Shown: in pieces, positions 1 to 11,030 of the stretch
Numbering within the stretch: position 1 is the first letter of the stretch
Layout of the letters: the number at the start of each line of letters is the position of its first letter
Assembly (NCBI RefSeq): GCF_025526975.1
Contig: NW_026515675.1
Location: 682,001 to 746,000 of the forward strand
Direction of reading: 5' to 3'
Length of the DNA: 64,000 nucleotides
From: Fimicolochytrium jonesii
Lineage: Eukaryota
Translations under genes and position numbers: made by a program
The notes under the pieces: generated by a model
What the model was told of the DNA's origin: nothing
Seen by the model: only the letters and a program-made list of their open reading frames with translations
Database searches by the model: none

Positions 1-336
1 CTTGCTGAATAATACACGGGAAGATCGGAAGATGCGTATGGCGTGTTCTGACAGAACTTGACAGGAAAATGGAAGCCCAATTGTTCTCTCTGAGCTCCTT
101 TGCACCACTGTGGTGTTCCATACGATCTGACGTACTCAATAAGAAGTACCGGAGTCCGAGCCATTGGGATTGTTGCGTTTTCCACCGGAGCACTGGAAGC
201 GTGACGCACGCCTGGAATTGACGGTTGGCGCTATACTAACTCGAATAGGCATCCCCGCAAAAGGTGCCATTGGCAAACAGACGCTCACAACCATAAGGTT
301 TTAAGGGGTGGGAACTGTCCGCGGCGCCACATTACG

Positions 337-344
337 TATATAAA
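337..344 (+). promoter_or_regulatory. Putative TATA box of GH9 gene
   Basis: TATATAAA about 170 nt upstream of the ATG at 508. Confidence 0.45.
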
Positions 345-507
345 GGCCTGCTTCGGGTGGGGCTCCTGCTTGCCTCCTATCCCTCTGACCAGCTAGTTCG
401 TCAGTGCGTTGTCTGAGGTGCCAAGCCGCCTGCCTTCTATTCTTCTGACCGGCCAGTCTTCATTGCATTGTCTGAGTATAGTCTGGGTATAAGTTCGGCG
501 AAACGCG

Positions 508-2659
508 ATGGTCTCATTCTCAGTCTTCCCACGACGCTCGGCATGGCTCGCCGGAGCTGTCCTCGCAGCGCTGTCATTCGGGCCCGCCTCCATTCAAGCC
601 CAAGGCAATGTCGGAGACCCCGCGGCCGGGAAAAGGCCGGCTGTTATGGTCACTCCTCCTGCAGGCCCCGTCAATTCGGCGACTTACACGGCACCTCCCG
701 AACCAAAGTACGACTACGTTGATGCGCTTCACAAGAGTTTCCTATTTTACTGGGCCCAGCGCTCGGGCAAGCTGCCTTACCAGCGTCTCGCGTGGCGTGG
801 GGACTCCTTTATTGGCTTGAAGGGCCCCCATGGGGAAGATATTAGCGGTGGATGGTTCGAGGCGGCCAACACGATGAAGTGGGGAGGCCCTTTCGCATTC
901 ACGGCTATGCAGCTAGCTTGGAACGTCTACGAGTTCGGCGACGCGATGAAGCAGACCAACGAATTGAACGAGGCGCTCGCGTGGGTCAGGGTCGGTGCCG
1001 AGCAGCTCGTTGGTCTCTACACGACGGACGGAACGACTGAGAGGTTGATTGGGCTGATTGGTGACTCTGCTCGTGTTGAGAACGGGAAAATAGTCGATGT
1101 GGACTTTGGGTATTTTGGACCACCTGAGGAGTATCAGCAGTGGGTTCCTGGTGGCCAGCCTCCCGGAGTGTACTACTGTGAGGGATCGCCGACGGTCAAC
1201 AAAGGCTGCTCGGGTATCGCCGGTGACTACGCGGCAGCTCTCGCTCTCAGTTCCTTGGTCCTGCGTCCGTACGACGCCCCGTTTGCAGACCGCTGCTTGG
1301 CCGCTGCTCGGTCGATCTACAGCTTTGGGACAAAGTACGTTGGAACTTATAGCGATGCCACAAAGTTCCCCGAACAAGCGTGGAAAAACTATCAAGATTG
1401 GTACGGGGCTGCTACCGCGGACGACGAATTGGCTTTGGCTGCCACCTGGTTATACACGGCGACGAAGGAGAAGGCCTACCTTGATGCTGCCACAGCCTCG
1501 GCTGCGAAGATCGATGCATTTTCAGAGTACTCATGGGGCGACAAGGGGATTGCCGTGTACATCTTGCTCAACAGGATTGCCCCCAGCGCCGCCCTGCAGA
1601 CTCAAATCACCACCACCTTCAGATCGTATCTTCCGGGAGGTAGCGTCAAGCGCACCCCTCGTGGACTGGTGTGGAACGAACCCAAAGGTTAGCAACCAGC
1701 TTACTACATGTATACTCCCGGAAATCCCTGAGTTGACCCCTTCTTCCTTTAGCAAACACAGTGATTTGGGGAAGCTTGAGTTACGCGGCGAATCTAGGGT
1801 TTTTGGGGCTAGTTCACGCTAAAGGATCCCCGGGCGCGCCCACCGACCCCACGTTTGCCACACAGCTACGAACTTTCGCGGTTCAGCAGATCAACTACAT
1901 TCTGGGCGACACCGGTCGGTCGTGGCTGGTTGGGTTTGGCACGAACTTTCCCAAGTCACCCTACCACAAGTCGAGTTACAACTCATTCATCGATTACCCT
2001 ATGGTAAGTAGATAGGAAGAACGCAAGGTCGTACCCTCTGACAGCACTGACGCCTCAACTTGCCCTATCTCTAGCGCGGACAACCGCAAGGAAATGTAGG
2101 CTCCGATTTCCTCAGTGCGACAGCACCGCCCAACCGGTTCATTCTGTACGGTGCGCTCGAAGGCGGCCCCTGGGAAACCGACGAATATGTGGACAATCGC
2201 GCCGACTACACGTTCACCGAAGTCACGCAAGACTACAACGCCGCCTTCACCGGCGCGCTAGCAGGCCTGATCGACTTCTACGGCCCTTCAAAGTTCAAAA
2301 ACGCCTCAGACTGCAACCTCGATCTCGGCTGGAGCCACCCGAACGCGTCCGCTGCAACCCGTCAACCAAAATACACCAAGGGCGATTGTTACCATACCTG
2401 TGACCCGTGCATGGTGGAACTCAGCACGCCTGGTCTCGGTGCGGTTGTTACCAATGGGGTGCCGAGTACTACGTCGATCAACCCTGGAAGTACGCCGCCG
2501 ACGACGGGCACGGCCGGTGGTGACCCCTCTCAGCCTGCGGACCAGCCTGCAAAGGGAAACTCTACGGAATCCGCCGCTGCAGGGTCTTTTTTTAGGACGC
2601 CAGCGGCGATCATCACTGCGATATTGGTGCTTGGAGGAGTTGCGCTGGTGTTGGGGTGA
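508..2659 (+). CDS. Glycoside hydrolase family 9 (endoglucanase-like), secreted, probably GPI-anchored; 3 exons (508-1687, ~1753/1762-2003, 2075-2659)
   Basis: Signal peptide; GH9 motifs LFYWAQRSGKLP..WRGDS, DDELALAATWLY, WGSLSYAAN, QINYILG..SWLVGFG, LYGALEGGP..YVDNRADYTFTEVTQDYNA; S/T/P linker and hydrophobic C-terminus; GT-AG introns keep the frame. Confidence 0.93.
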
Positions 2660-3721
2660 AAGACATTGATGCTGTCAGATGAGGACACTATGCTGGGTTG
2701 GGGACATTCTTTTTTCTTTGCTCTGATTTCTTGGACTTTCTTTTCTATACATGCACTGCATTCTAATCCTACGTAGTGTTGGGTGTGACACTACTATTAG
2801 TACCCCGCTGCATCACACCTATCGAGTAATGCTAATTGATTCATTGGGTTTCTGCCTACAGTTTTTTCGTCGCACTTTGCGCTGCCTCGGTCGAATGACT
2901 GACTCTATCACCCTTGATGAATCGTGAGGCATGCGTACATATACATACTCCTGCATGTACAGTATGCAAACCCCTTGCCAGACTGGATGCAGGTATGGAA
3001 CTGGAGTCTCGACCACCGCTGGTGCCATGAAGCGCGCGGAAAGTTCCAAAGTTCAAAAGCCTGCTGCGCGTTCCGCCGCGTCCGAGAGACTTTGATGAAA
3101 CAAGCGAGACGCGTCAACATGGGCCTTTTCGCAGGGCTGCCCTGTCAGTTCATCAATCTTTCCCCCGTCGCCCCTGACGGACTGTGGCCTTTTCTCATAA
3201 GTAACCGCATCCGTTATTGAAGCCAAAACTCCCGCGCGTAACAGCGACCCGCTCCAAAACACCCAGGCCGCAATGACTTCATTGTTCAGCAAGTTCAAGA
3301 GCGGTGTCCATTTTCCCACCGCCCGGCGAGATCAATCATATCCGCCAGGAGTCCACCACTGTGTGCTGAGCTTTCGTTTCTTTTCAACTCTTTTGAAGAT
3401 CAAGATCAACTCTCGTTTTCCCACACCTGGGTAGTAAAAAAAACCTCCCATGCGCTGCTTCATGCGCTGGTTGCCATTCGACTCCTTGAGAAGTAACGGC
3501 GAGCTGCTCAGTAATGTCCAGATTCTGAAGCTAAACGAAAGTTCTGCCAAACCTTCATCCGGTATATTCATCAGTCTCAACGCATCTTGAAAGCCTTCAC
3601 CAAAAGTTCCCGCCTCAACCGCCGACTTTCCGTCAAGAAGTTACTCCTGCTCTCCGTAAAGCCTCAATCGAAGAAACTTACTCACTCATCCGTATTTCTG
3701 GAAAGTCAAGCGCGACAGAGC

Positions 3722-4924
3722 ATGAAGTGCTCGTCGGTCCCATTGCTGCTTCTCAATGGGCTCCTCTTCGCAGCAGAGGGTCTCGCGGCTCCATCCGTAC
3801 ACATGCGACCGAAACGGCGACAGCTCGCACCCATCGTCGGCGCAGTCGTCTCGTCTCTGCCTATAGCTCTTCCTCCAGTAGTCTCGCCTCTGGTTGCCGT
3901 CAACCCCTCGGCTGCTGCACCAGCCGTTACGGATGGGGCACGGACTGTATTACAGGGGCCCACGCCGACCGCCGCTGCTCCAGATTCAGCGCGGGCTCCA
4001 TCAAGTGCTGCGGCTGCGACAACCGCTCCTGCAGCATCTACGGCCATCGCACAGCAGCAGCAACAACCAACCGAGCAGCGTATTACATCTGAGACTCCAA
4101 CCGCTTCATCTGCACCCACAGTTATCAGCTCAGCAGCAGCCGTCATAGTCAGCGCAACGTCAACCCAGACGCCCGACAATGCACCTGTGACGCCCACACT
4201 ACCAGCATCTACATCCCTACCTCCGGCAGTTCCCACCTCGCAGAGCGTAACTCCTACCATACCAGCAGCAGCATCTCAAACCCCCACCACTCAACCAATA
4301 GCGGCGATTCCCACGACACCGGGGGCCATCAACGCAGCACCAACTTTAGCCGTTTCCGCAGCTACAAAGTCCGGCGCAGCAGGCGGACCCCGCGCAACAG
4401 AGCTAGCCGACAAATCCAAACCCACCACCTCAACCTCCACCCCTTCCCCCGCCGCCAACTCAACAAGCGCACCGCAAGAAACCCGCAAACCCCTCTCAAC
4501 CTCCTCCATCACCCTCCTCTCCATCGCAGGCCTAACCTTCCTCCTTGCAGTCATCGGGATCTACGTCTTTCGCAAACTAGGCCTCCGTAAATCCGAAGAG
4601 TTCAAAAACCGTCTGCGGAATCGGTTCACGGTGTTCAACTTTGCTGGCGGGCATAAAGCCGCCGCGAGGGGACATGAGACGACACCGCAGGGAACATTGG
4701 AGAGACTTAACACTACTAGATCGTTCACGTCGGATGCGTCGTTGCCTATTCCCGGGGAAAGATCGTATGCGCAGATGTCGCCTTACGGACATCAGTTCCT
4801 GGCGCCGTCGCTGCAGCCTCCGGCTATGGCGTATCAGGGGTACCATATGGGCCACGGGCCGTATGCGAACACTGATTACTCTGACTATCCTACTTATGGG
4901 TTGGCGGATAGGAGGATGTTGTGA
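3722..4924 (+). CDS. Ser/Thr/Pro-rich single-pass type I membrane protein (mucin-like, cell-wall-sensor-like architecture)
   Basis: Single 400-aa ORF from ATG 3722: signal peptide, KRR dibasic site, long S/T/P/A ectodomain, TM segment ITLLSIAGLTFLLAVIGIYVF then RK, Tyr-rich cytoplasmic tail. Confidence 0.8.
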   Translation: MKCSSVPLLLLNGLLFAAEGLAAPSVHMRPKRRQLAPIVGAVVSSLPIALPPVVSPLVAVNPSAAAPAVTDGARTVLQGPTPTAAAPDSARAPSSAAAATTAPAASTAIAQQQQQPTEQRITSETPTASSAPTVISSAAAVIVSATSTQTPDNAPVTPTLPASTSLPPAVPTSQSVTPTIPAAASQTPTTQPIAAIPTTPGAINAAPTLAVSAATKSGAAGGPRATELADKSKPTTSTSTPSPAANSTSAPQETRKPLSTSSITLLSIAGLTFLLAVIGIYVFRKLGLRKSEEFKNRLRNRFTVFNFAGGHKAAARGHETTPQGTLERLNTTRSFTSDASLPIPGERSYAQMSPYGHQFLAPSLQPPAMAYQGYHMGHGPYANTDYSDYPTYGLADRRML

Positions 4925-5224
4925 GGCTCTGGCGTATTGTTGTTTGTTTTCTTGTATTGGATTTGGGAAGCCGTACCCCCATCATTTCGAGTGTTGTATA
5001 TAGTGTCTTTGTCGGCGGCTTCCTGGAAGTGGGTGTGAACTCCATCAGGGTGGTTTTGCGAGTGCTTCAAACGCATCTCGATTCCCCTCTCTCACGTTTT
5101 TGCGCATTCGTGTACTGTACATAGCAAATGTTCATAGAGACTTCGCTAGAGATCATTATGGGCTTTGTGTAAAAAGTTGACATGTGGAAACTAGCGATGG
5201 TTTTTCGCCATACCCTTGACCGTT

Positions 5225-5961
5225 TCAACTATCGCGGTATGACCCTGCCCTGGTGGGAACTATCGGCTTTGGCGTGAAACGATCCCTCTGGGCATATCGA
5301 TCATGGCACATTCGAGTTTCTTCTTGTGGTCGAAGAAGTGCACAGGGAGTGAAGGGTTCTCTTTTGTACGGATGGGATCTGACTCTGTTTCTCAGGCGTC
5401 CTCGAGGAGCTGTGAAGGGGATGACCCTGGCCTGCAAGAGTGCCTGAATGCTTGCGGAATCGTAGATTGCTTGCTGTAGGGTGCATCGAAGATTGGCAAT
5501 AGCCTGCGCCTGAGCAGTTGCCGCAGTCGTGATTGCGGTCACTAGGTTCTCCGCATGTTCTGCAGAAGCGGTGACGGTATTCTTTTGAGCGTCTGCGGAA
5601 GCCGCGAGGGCTTTCTCTTGCTGGGTTTCAAGCGTTTGGATGGCTTTTTCATGGGTGATTGCGAGAGTCTTGATGGCTTCCTGTTGAATGTTTGCGACAG
5701 TAGTAAGCGCGGTGACATTGTTTGCAAGAGTGGTCATACTGTTTCCAAGAGTTGTGGGTAAGAGTGCAGCATGAGTGGGTTTCAGTGCATCTTTTCTTTT
5801 CTTTACTTGTCTGCGAGAGCGATCATGGCATTGTCTAGCCTGTCCATTCGCGCGTCTACGGCTTTCTCGACAACGTTCTCGACAATGGCTTTCAAAGCAT
5901 CATGCTTCACCGCAGCCTTGATCGTAAAATAGTGACTTTCGTTGTTTGAGGCCGTTGCCAT
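5225..5961 (-). CDS. Hypothetical coiled-coil protein, 2 exons (5961-5807, 5738-5225)
   Basis: ORFs MATASNNESHYF..LAD and MTTLANNVTAL.. join in frame across a GTAAAG..AACAG intron; Ala/Thr/Gln heptad-like composition; no family recognised. Confidence 0.6.
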
Positions 5962-6518
5962 TTTGATGAATGCGTTAAGTTTTCGATGGAGCGGCAAAGT
6001 AGGCGAGCAACGGATGAGGTCCCTGGCTCAGGTCCCACTGCTTCCCAAAAGTTTTCTGCCGCTTTGTTCCAGCCGACCCTGGGACACGTTTCAAGCCACG
6101 TTGTTTGTGGCGATCGGGGGGAAGAGCGCTGGTGACAGCGATTGACAGGGCGTGTGGGGTAATGAAGCACGTGCAGTGTCGAAATGGCGAGGGATCCGCA
6201 AGATTAAGCCGTTCATCCGGGTGTGGCCCTAACATGAGCTCAGTAAGGACTAATACGTAACTCATAAGTAGTCGTCATTTCGCGCTCTGTAATAACCATC
6301 CTTCATTTCCCATGGGCATGGCCTCCAGACTTTCGACAAATACTTCACAAAGTCCGCCCCCAGAGCATTTCTGCACGGGCCAACTGACTTTCGGCTCACA
6401 GGCCTCGTGAAGAAGACGAGGGAAGCCCCGCGGAGTTCTCTCCAGCTCCAGGAAGTCCTCGTTATAACAGAGCCTGGTCGCTTGTGAAGAAAACTACGAC
6501 TAATTTCGCACTCTGAAG

Positions 6519-8121
6519 ATGGTCCAACCAAAAAACCCGCAAGCACACATCACCGCCGTCATGAACGAACGGGAAGACGGCGGTGCCTCCACCTCCTACG
6601 AGCAGCGCCTGGGTGCCGCGCGCAGACGACGCTCCGTCACTATCGGCGAGGCCGAGTACTCCGCAACGCACCCACCAGCAGCCAAAGGTAAAGGTAAAAA
6701 CAACGCCACGGCGGCAGACCCGCCACTGGTGCCGACAACTCCGAGCGCCGTACTGTCGAGTCTGGACGACTACAAGCCATTACCGGCAAAGGAAGGAGAG
6801 CCAAATAGGTTTACTGTGCCAATAACGGATATCCCCGATTGGTACGTTCGTGTCTCGGTAGTCCGTTGTTGAACGCAGTCTAATCACCATCTGCTCATAG
6901 GTATGTGGACAACGTCTACCTCCTCCGCGGATACCGCCGCATCACAAACTCCTATCTGGGTTGCGTAAAGTCCCTATCCTACCTCCACAACGAGACCGGA
7001 AACGTCCTCTCACACGGCGTTGGCGCGGCCGGGTTCATCGTCCTGGCACAGGTTTTCTACGGGTGGTTGACGGTGGAGACGAGCACGTGGGCGGATAAGA
7101 CTATCATGGGACTGTTCTTTTTGGCTGCGATCGTGTGTTTGGGCTTGTCGACCACGTTCCATCTGTGTTGCTGTCATTCGAGAGGTGTTGCTGCGATTTG
7201 GTTGCGGGGGGATTATGTCGGCATTGTGCTGCTTATCATGTGAGCTTGCCCTCGTATGGGAGTGATGTCGAGACTTGGCGAGTGCATCCTGATTCACATC
7301 TCTGTCGGACATATACAGGGGCTCGTTCGTTCCAAGCATCTACTACGGCTTCTTCTGCAACCCTTCCCTACAAGCGGTGTATCTGTCCATCATTGTCATC
7401 TTCGGAATCACAACGGTACGCCTGGAAATCTCGTACGAACAACATTCAGACGGCAACATCCCGTGCTAAATGAGCCGTCTTTTTCGTAGATCTGCATCAC
7501 CGTATCCCCCAAATTCTTCGCCCCAAAGTACAGATTACTGCGGACGGGTCTCTTTGTCGCTATGGGATTCACGGGAGTCGCGCCGCTGGTACATGCGGTT
7601 GTCAAATACGGGGTATGTATGCCGGAACCCCGTGTGCTGCACTCTCACATCCGGGCAAAACACTCACTGTGCGCGTCTCCACTAGTCACATATGACGAAA
7701 CACGCGTTATCATCCGGGTCGCTGATATCTTCGGGGATAATATACTTCATCGGGGCCGTTGTTTACATCTCCCGGGTGCCAGAAAGGTATGTGTCCGCAC
7801 TGATCCCGCAGATCGTCCGCGTAGCGTCCATCACTAAAAACTCGTCTTCCCCACCTTCCCCAGATGGTGGCCAGGCCGCTTCGACATCTGGGTACGTCCC
7901 TCCCCCCTCCCGAACGCCCCACACAAAACCTAACCCGCCCCTCTCTCCCCATGTAGTTCCACTCCCACCAAATCTTCCACATCCTGGTCGTCGCCGCTGC
8001 GTTCGTGCACTACCTCGGCGTCGTGGAGCAGCAGAAATGGTGGCACGAGCATAACCGCCAGTGCGCGTTGTCGCCGGACCAGATTGTGCGGAATCTTATT
8101 GGAAAGCTTAATTTAACGTAG
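6519..8121 (+). CDS. PAQR / hemolysin-III family membrane receptor (Izh/adiponectin receptor-like), multi-exon
   Basis: DNVYLLRGYR, LHNETGNVLSH, STTFH..CHS, DYVGI, GSFVP, YISRVPER, WPGRFDIW, FHSHQIFHILV motifs across spliced exons; TAG at 8119-8121. Confidence 0.93.
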
Positions 8122-8855
8122 CGGGTATCAGCCATCACGGTACGCCCTTTGACGTACATTTTTCGGGCGATGTGGAAAACATGGGGCAGACACACTGACG
8201 GGGGTGTCATGTCGTCGCATTCTCTAGATCGCATTCTCTAGAGGCACGAAAGGCCCTTCTGTGGCGATTCATCCGATAGGCATTTGCATAGACTCATCAG
8301 CTGGCGCGGGGGACATTTCCTGTCGTGAAAACAAAAACGCAGCTGGACTTTCCGTGTACATTCTTGGGCATCGACTCGATCCTAGTTGAGCGGGTTCTCC
8401 CACTCAATCTCCCCATTCATGCCAAATCATCGCATTGCTATCGATGGGAGGCGTCAACCCGGTCCTCAGCGATGTGATTTGGTAGACGTATGAAGCACGG
8501 ACGGACGCATGTGGATCGAACCATCATGTACTTCCAAATGCCGAGTAGATGTATTTAATTCACAAAGCTCTGGGGCCTCTGCCGAGTGAAGGCAACCCCA
8601 TTCCGGAGTTGGCGCACTCGGGTACATCATCGACCCATAGTACACGCGTTCTCATAGAAGTTCCTCGCGACACCTATATACAAATCGTTCTGCACTACTC
8701 CTTGCCACTCGGCTTTGCAATCCCCATCTCTGTGGCGGTGATGATATGCGGCATCGGATTTGTGGGCATTGTCAGAAATGCAAGCTCTGTTGGAGCTTTC
8801 AGAGTGGGGAATTGACGAAAGCGCCGGTACAATGACTTCGTGGAACGGCAGACGC

Positions 8856-10454
8856 TCACTCCACCGGCGTAGCCGGCAACGACTCACAACTCGAAGTCGC
8901 TGACCTATCCTCGCTCCCCTTCCTCGCGCTCTCCAGCTCCATCCTCCGCATCGCCTGCACCGTCTTGAAAACCGACAGTAACTTCCCCCGCGCGTTGAAC
9001 AGACTATTGCTGTGGGCGGACCATACGTGGTCGACGAGGTTGGGGAGCTCTTCTTCTTCGCGGGTGGTGGGTGGTGGGAGTTTGGAGGCGGTTGGTGGCG
9101 GTGCGGTGGATGCGGCTATTGTAACGTCCTTCTTTTCTTTCGCGGGTTCGATTATTTGGACGGTAGGAGGGACGGGTTTGCCGGCTGCTAGTGCGTCGCG
9201 GGCGTCACGGGCTCGTTGGGAGTGTTGGCAGAGCCAAGGGTGGATCATCGCCTGGTTGGATAGAAAGGGTGTGAGTAGGTGAGCTTGAGAGGAGACGGGA
9301 TGGATGTAGGACCCACCTTTTCCGCTGAAGGTCGATCTTCTGGTTTCACCCTCAGTAGAGTTCGGACGAAATCTTTAGCTGGGGTCGGATGATGTCACGT
9401 TAGCAGGCCCCTGAAAGATTCATGACCGTCTTAAATCCCTTCTTACCTTGCTCTGAGATCGCGCTCCAATACGGCGTATCAAACTCGTACTTTGCATGCG
9501 TAATGGCATCCAGCAGGTCCGCCATATCCTCGGCATAGTCGAACGGCGGATACCCCGCTAAGAGACAGTATGTAATGACTCCTATGCTCCAGATATCTGC
9601 AGGCTTCCCATGTCCGACGCGTTTGATGACTTCGGGAGCTGAAAAGTTGGATAATTATTAGCAGAGAATCACCCCGCCAGATCCATGTCCCGCCCCGTCA
9701 CGCTTACCAGCATACATCGGACTCCCACAAAGGGTACTTAGCAACTCGTTCCCATTCACAAAGTTAGCGACGCCAAAATCCGCAATCACGAGGTCAGCGT
9801 CCTCGTCCATCGTCCTGTACAGCAGGTTCTCCGGCTTCAGATCCCTATGGACGATCCCTTTGTCATGCAGGAATTGGACCGCATGTAGTATCGTGAAAAT
9901 GATTCGCACGGCATCCCGTTCTGTAAATTTGCCGCGTTTGGCTATTCGGTCGTAGAGCTCGCCGCCGGTTGCTAGTTCGAAGACGAGATAGTACTGTAAA
10001 AGTGGTGTGACATCAGTAACCCAGAAGGCAATGAGAGTCACCGCAATCATGGGAGGTTCTCCCAATACCCTGCCAGCTGCACACACCTTCTCCTTCGTCT
10101 CAAACCAGTCCAAAAGCGCAATGATATTCGGATGGCGAAGTTGCTGCAGCACGGCCATCTCCCTATGCACCGCGGCCGCAACTTCCTCGGGAGAGTCATG
10201 CCCCCTCTTTCGTATTGACTTGAGGGCTACCTGCCGACCTGTGGGTGTGAACGTCGCTTCCTGGACACAGTGGAGGAGAATTTAGTGAGCCCCTGATCTC
10301 TCCCTGCGGGAAACAAAGTGGGCGGCGTACACTTTACCCTGACGATGCCGAAGGTGCCTTCTCCGATCACGCATTTCGTTTTGTACAGCTTGCGCTTACG
10401 CGACGTTTCTGGTTCCTTGACGGTCAAGTTCTTTATATGATCCAGGAGGGTCAT
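8856..10454 (-). CDS. Ca2+/calmodulin-dependent protein kinase (Cmk1/Cmk2-like), multi-exon
   Basis: IGEGTFG, HPNII, ELATGGELYDRI, VHRDLKPENLL, IADFG, LCGSPMYA; C-terminal basic amphipathic segment ARGKLLSVFKTVQAMRRM. Confidence 0.92.
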
Positions 10455-11030
10455 TGTCCAGTCGCTTTTAGTGTATTGATGTTCGAGGGGGTAAAGGCTT
10501 AGTCCGAATGAGCGTCGCGATGTTGCGAGAGTGACGGAAAAAGAGGGAATGTATGTTCACTTCCAGGATGGGATGTCTGTGAAGTTCCAAGGGTAAGGAG
10601 ATGGGGTTTGGGAATGCGGGCAAGAGCTCAAGAGGGCCACCGACCGTACCTTTATATGGTGGCTTCCTCCCACGTGGGATGAAGTTCGGAGCCCAGCAAC
10701 GGGGACAACGAGGCTCTGTGCGGTCGCTGGCTGTGCGTTGTGTGGGAAATGCGAGGCTTGGGAGGAGTGCTTGAGGCTGGAAAGGGCTGGGAATTGAATG
10801 AAGGGGCGCCGGCTTGGCACTTCGCGTGTCAATTGATGTGTCAACGTATTCAGGTCTTCCCAGAGGTCTTCCCAACGTGCAATTCTCACGCCCACAGGCT
10901 GCTGTTCCTCCCAAGCGCTTCTGCCCCGCCCCTGTTCAGCTGTTCAAGCTGGGGTTCTCTTGCATAACGTTGTTTCCAGTGAAGAAGGTGCCCCAAGGAT
11001 CTGATATCATCTTCTGTGGATAACCTCACA

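Noticed and set aside
8549..8815. 88-aa ORF with a hydrophobic stretch
   Set aside because: No recognisable family; it lies antisense to the likely CaMK 3'UTR.
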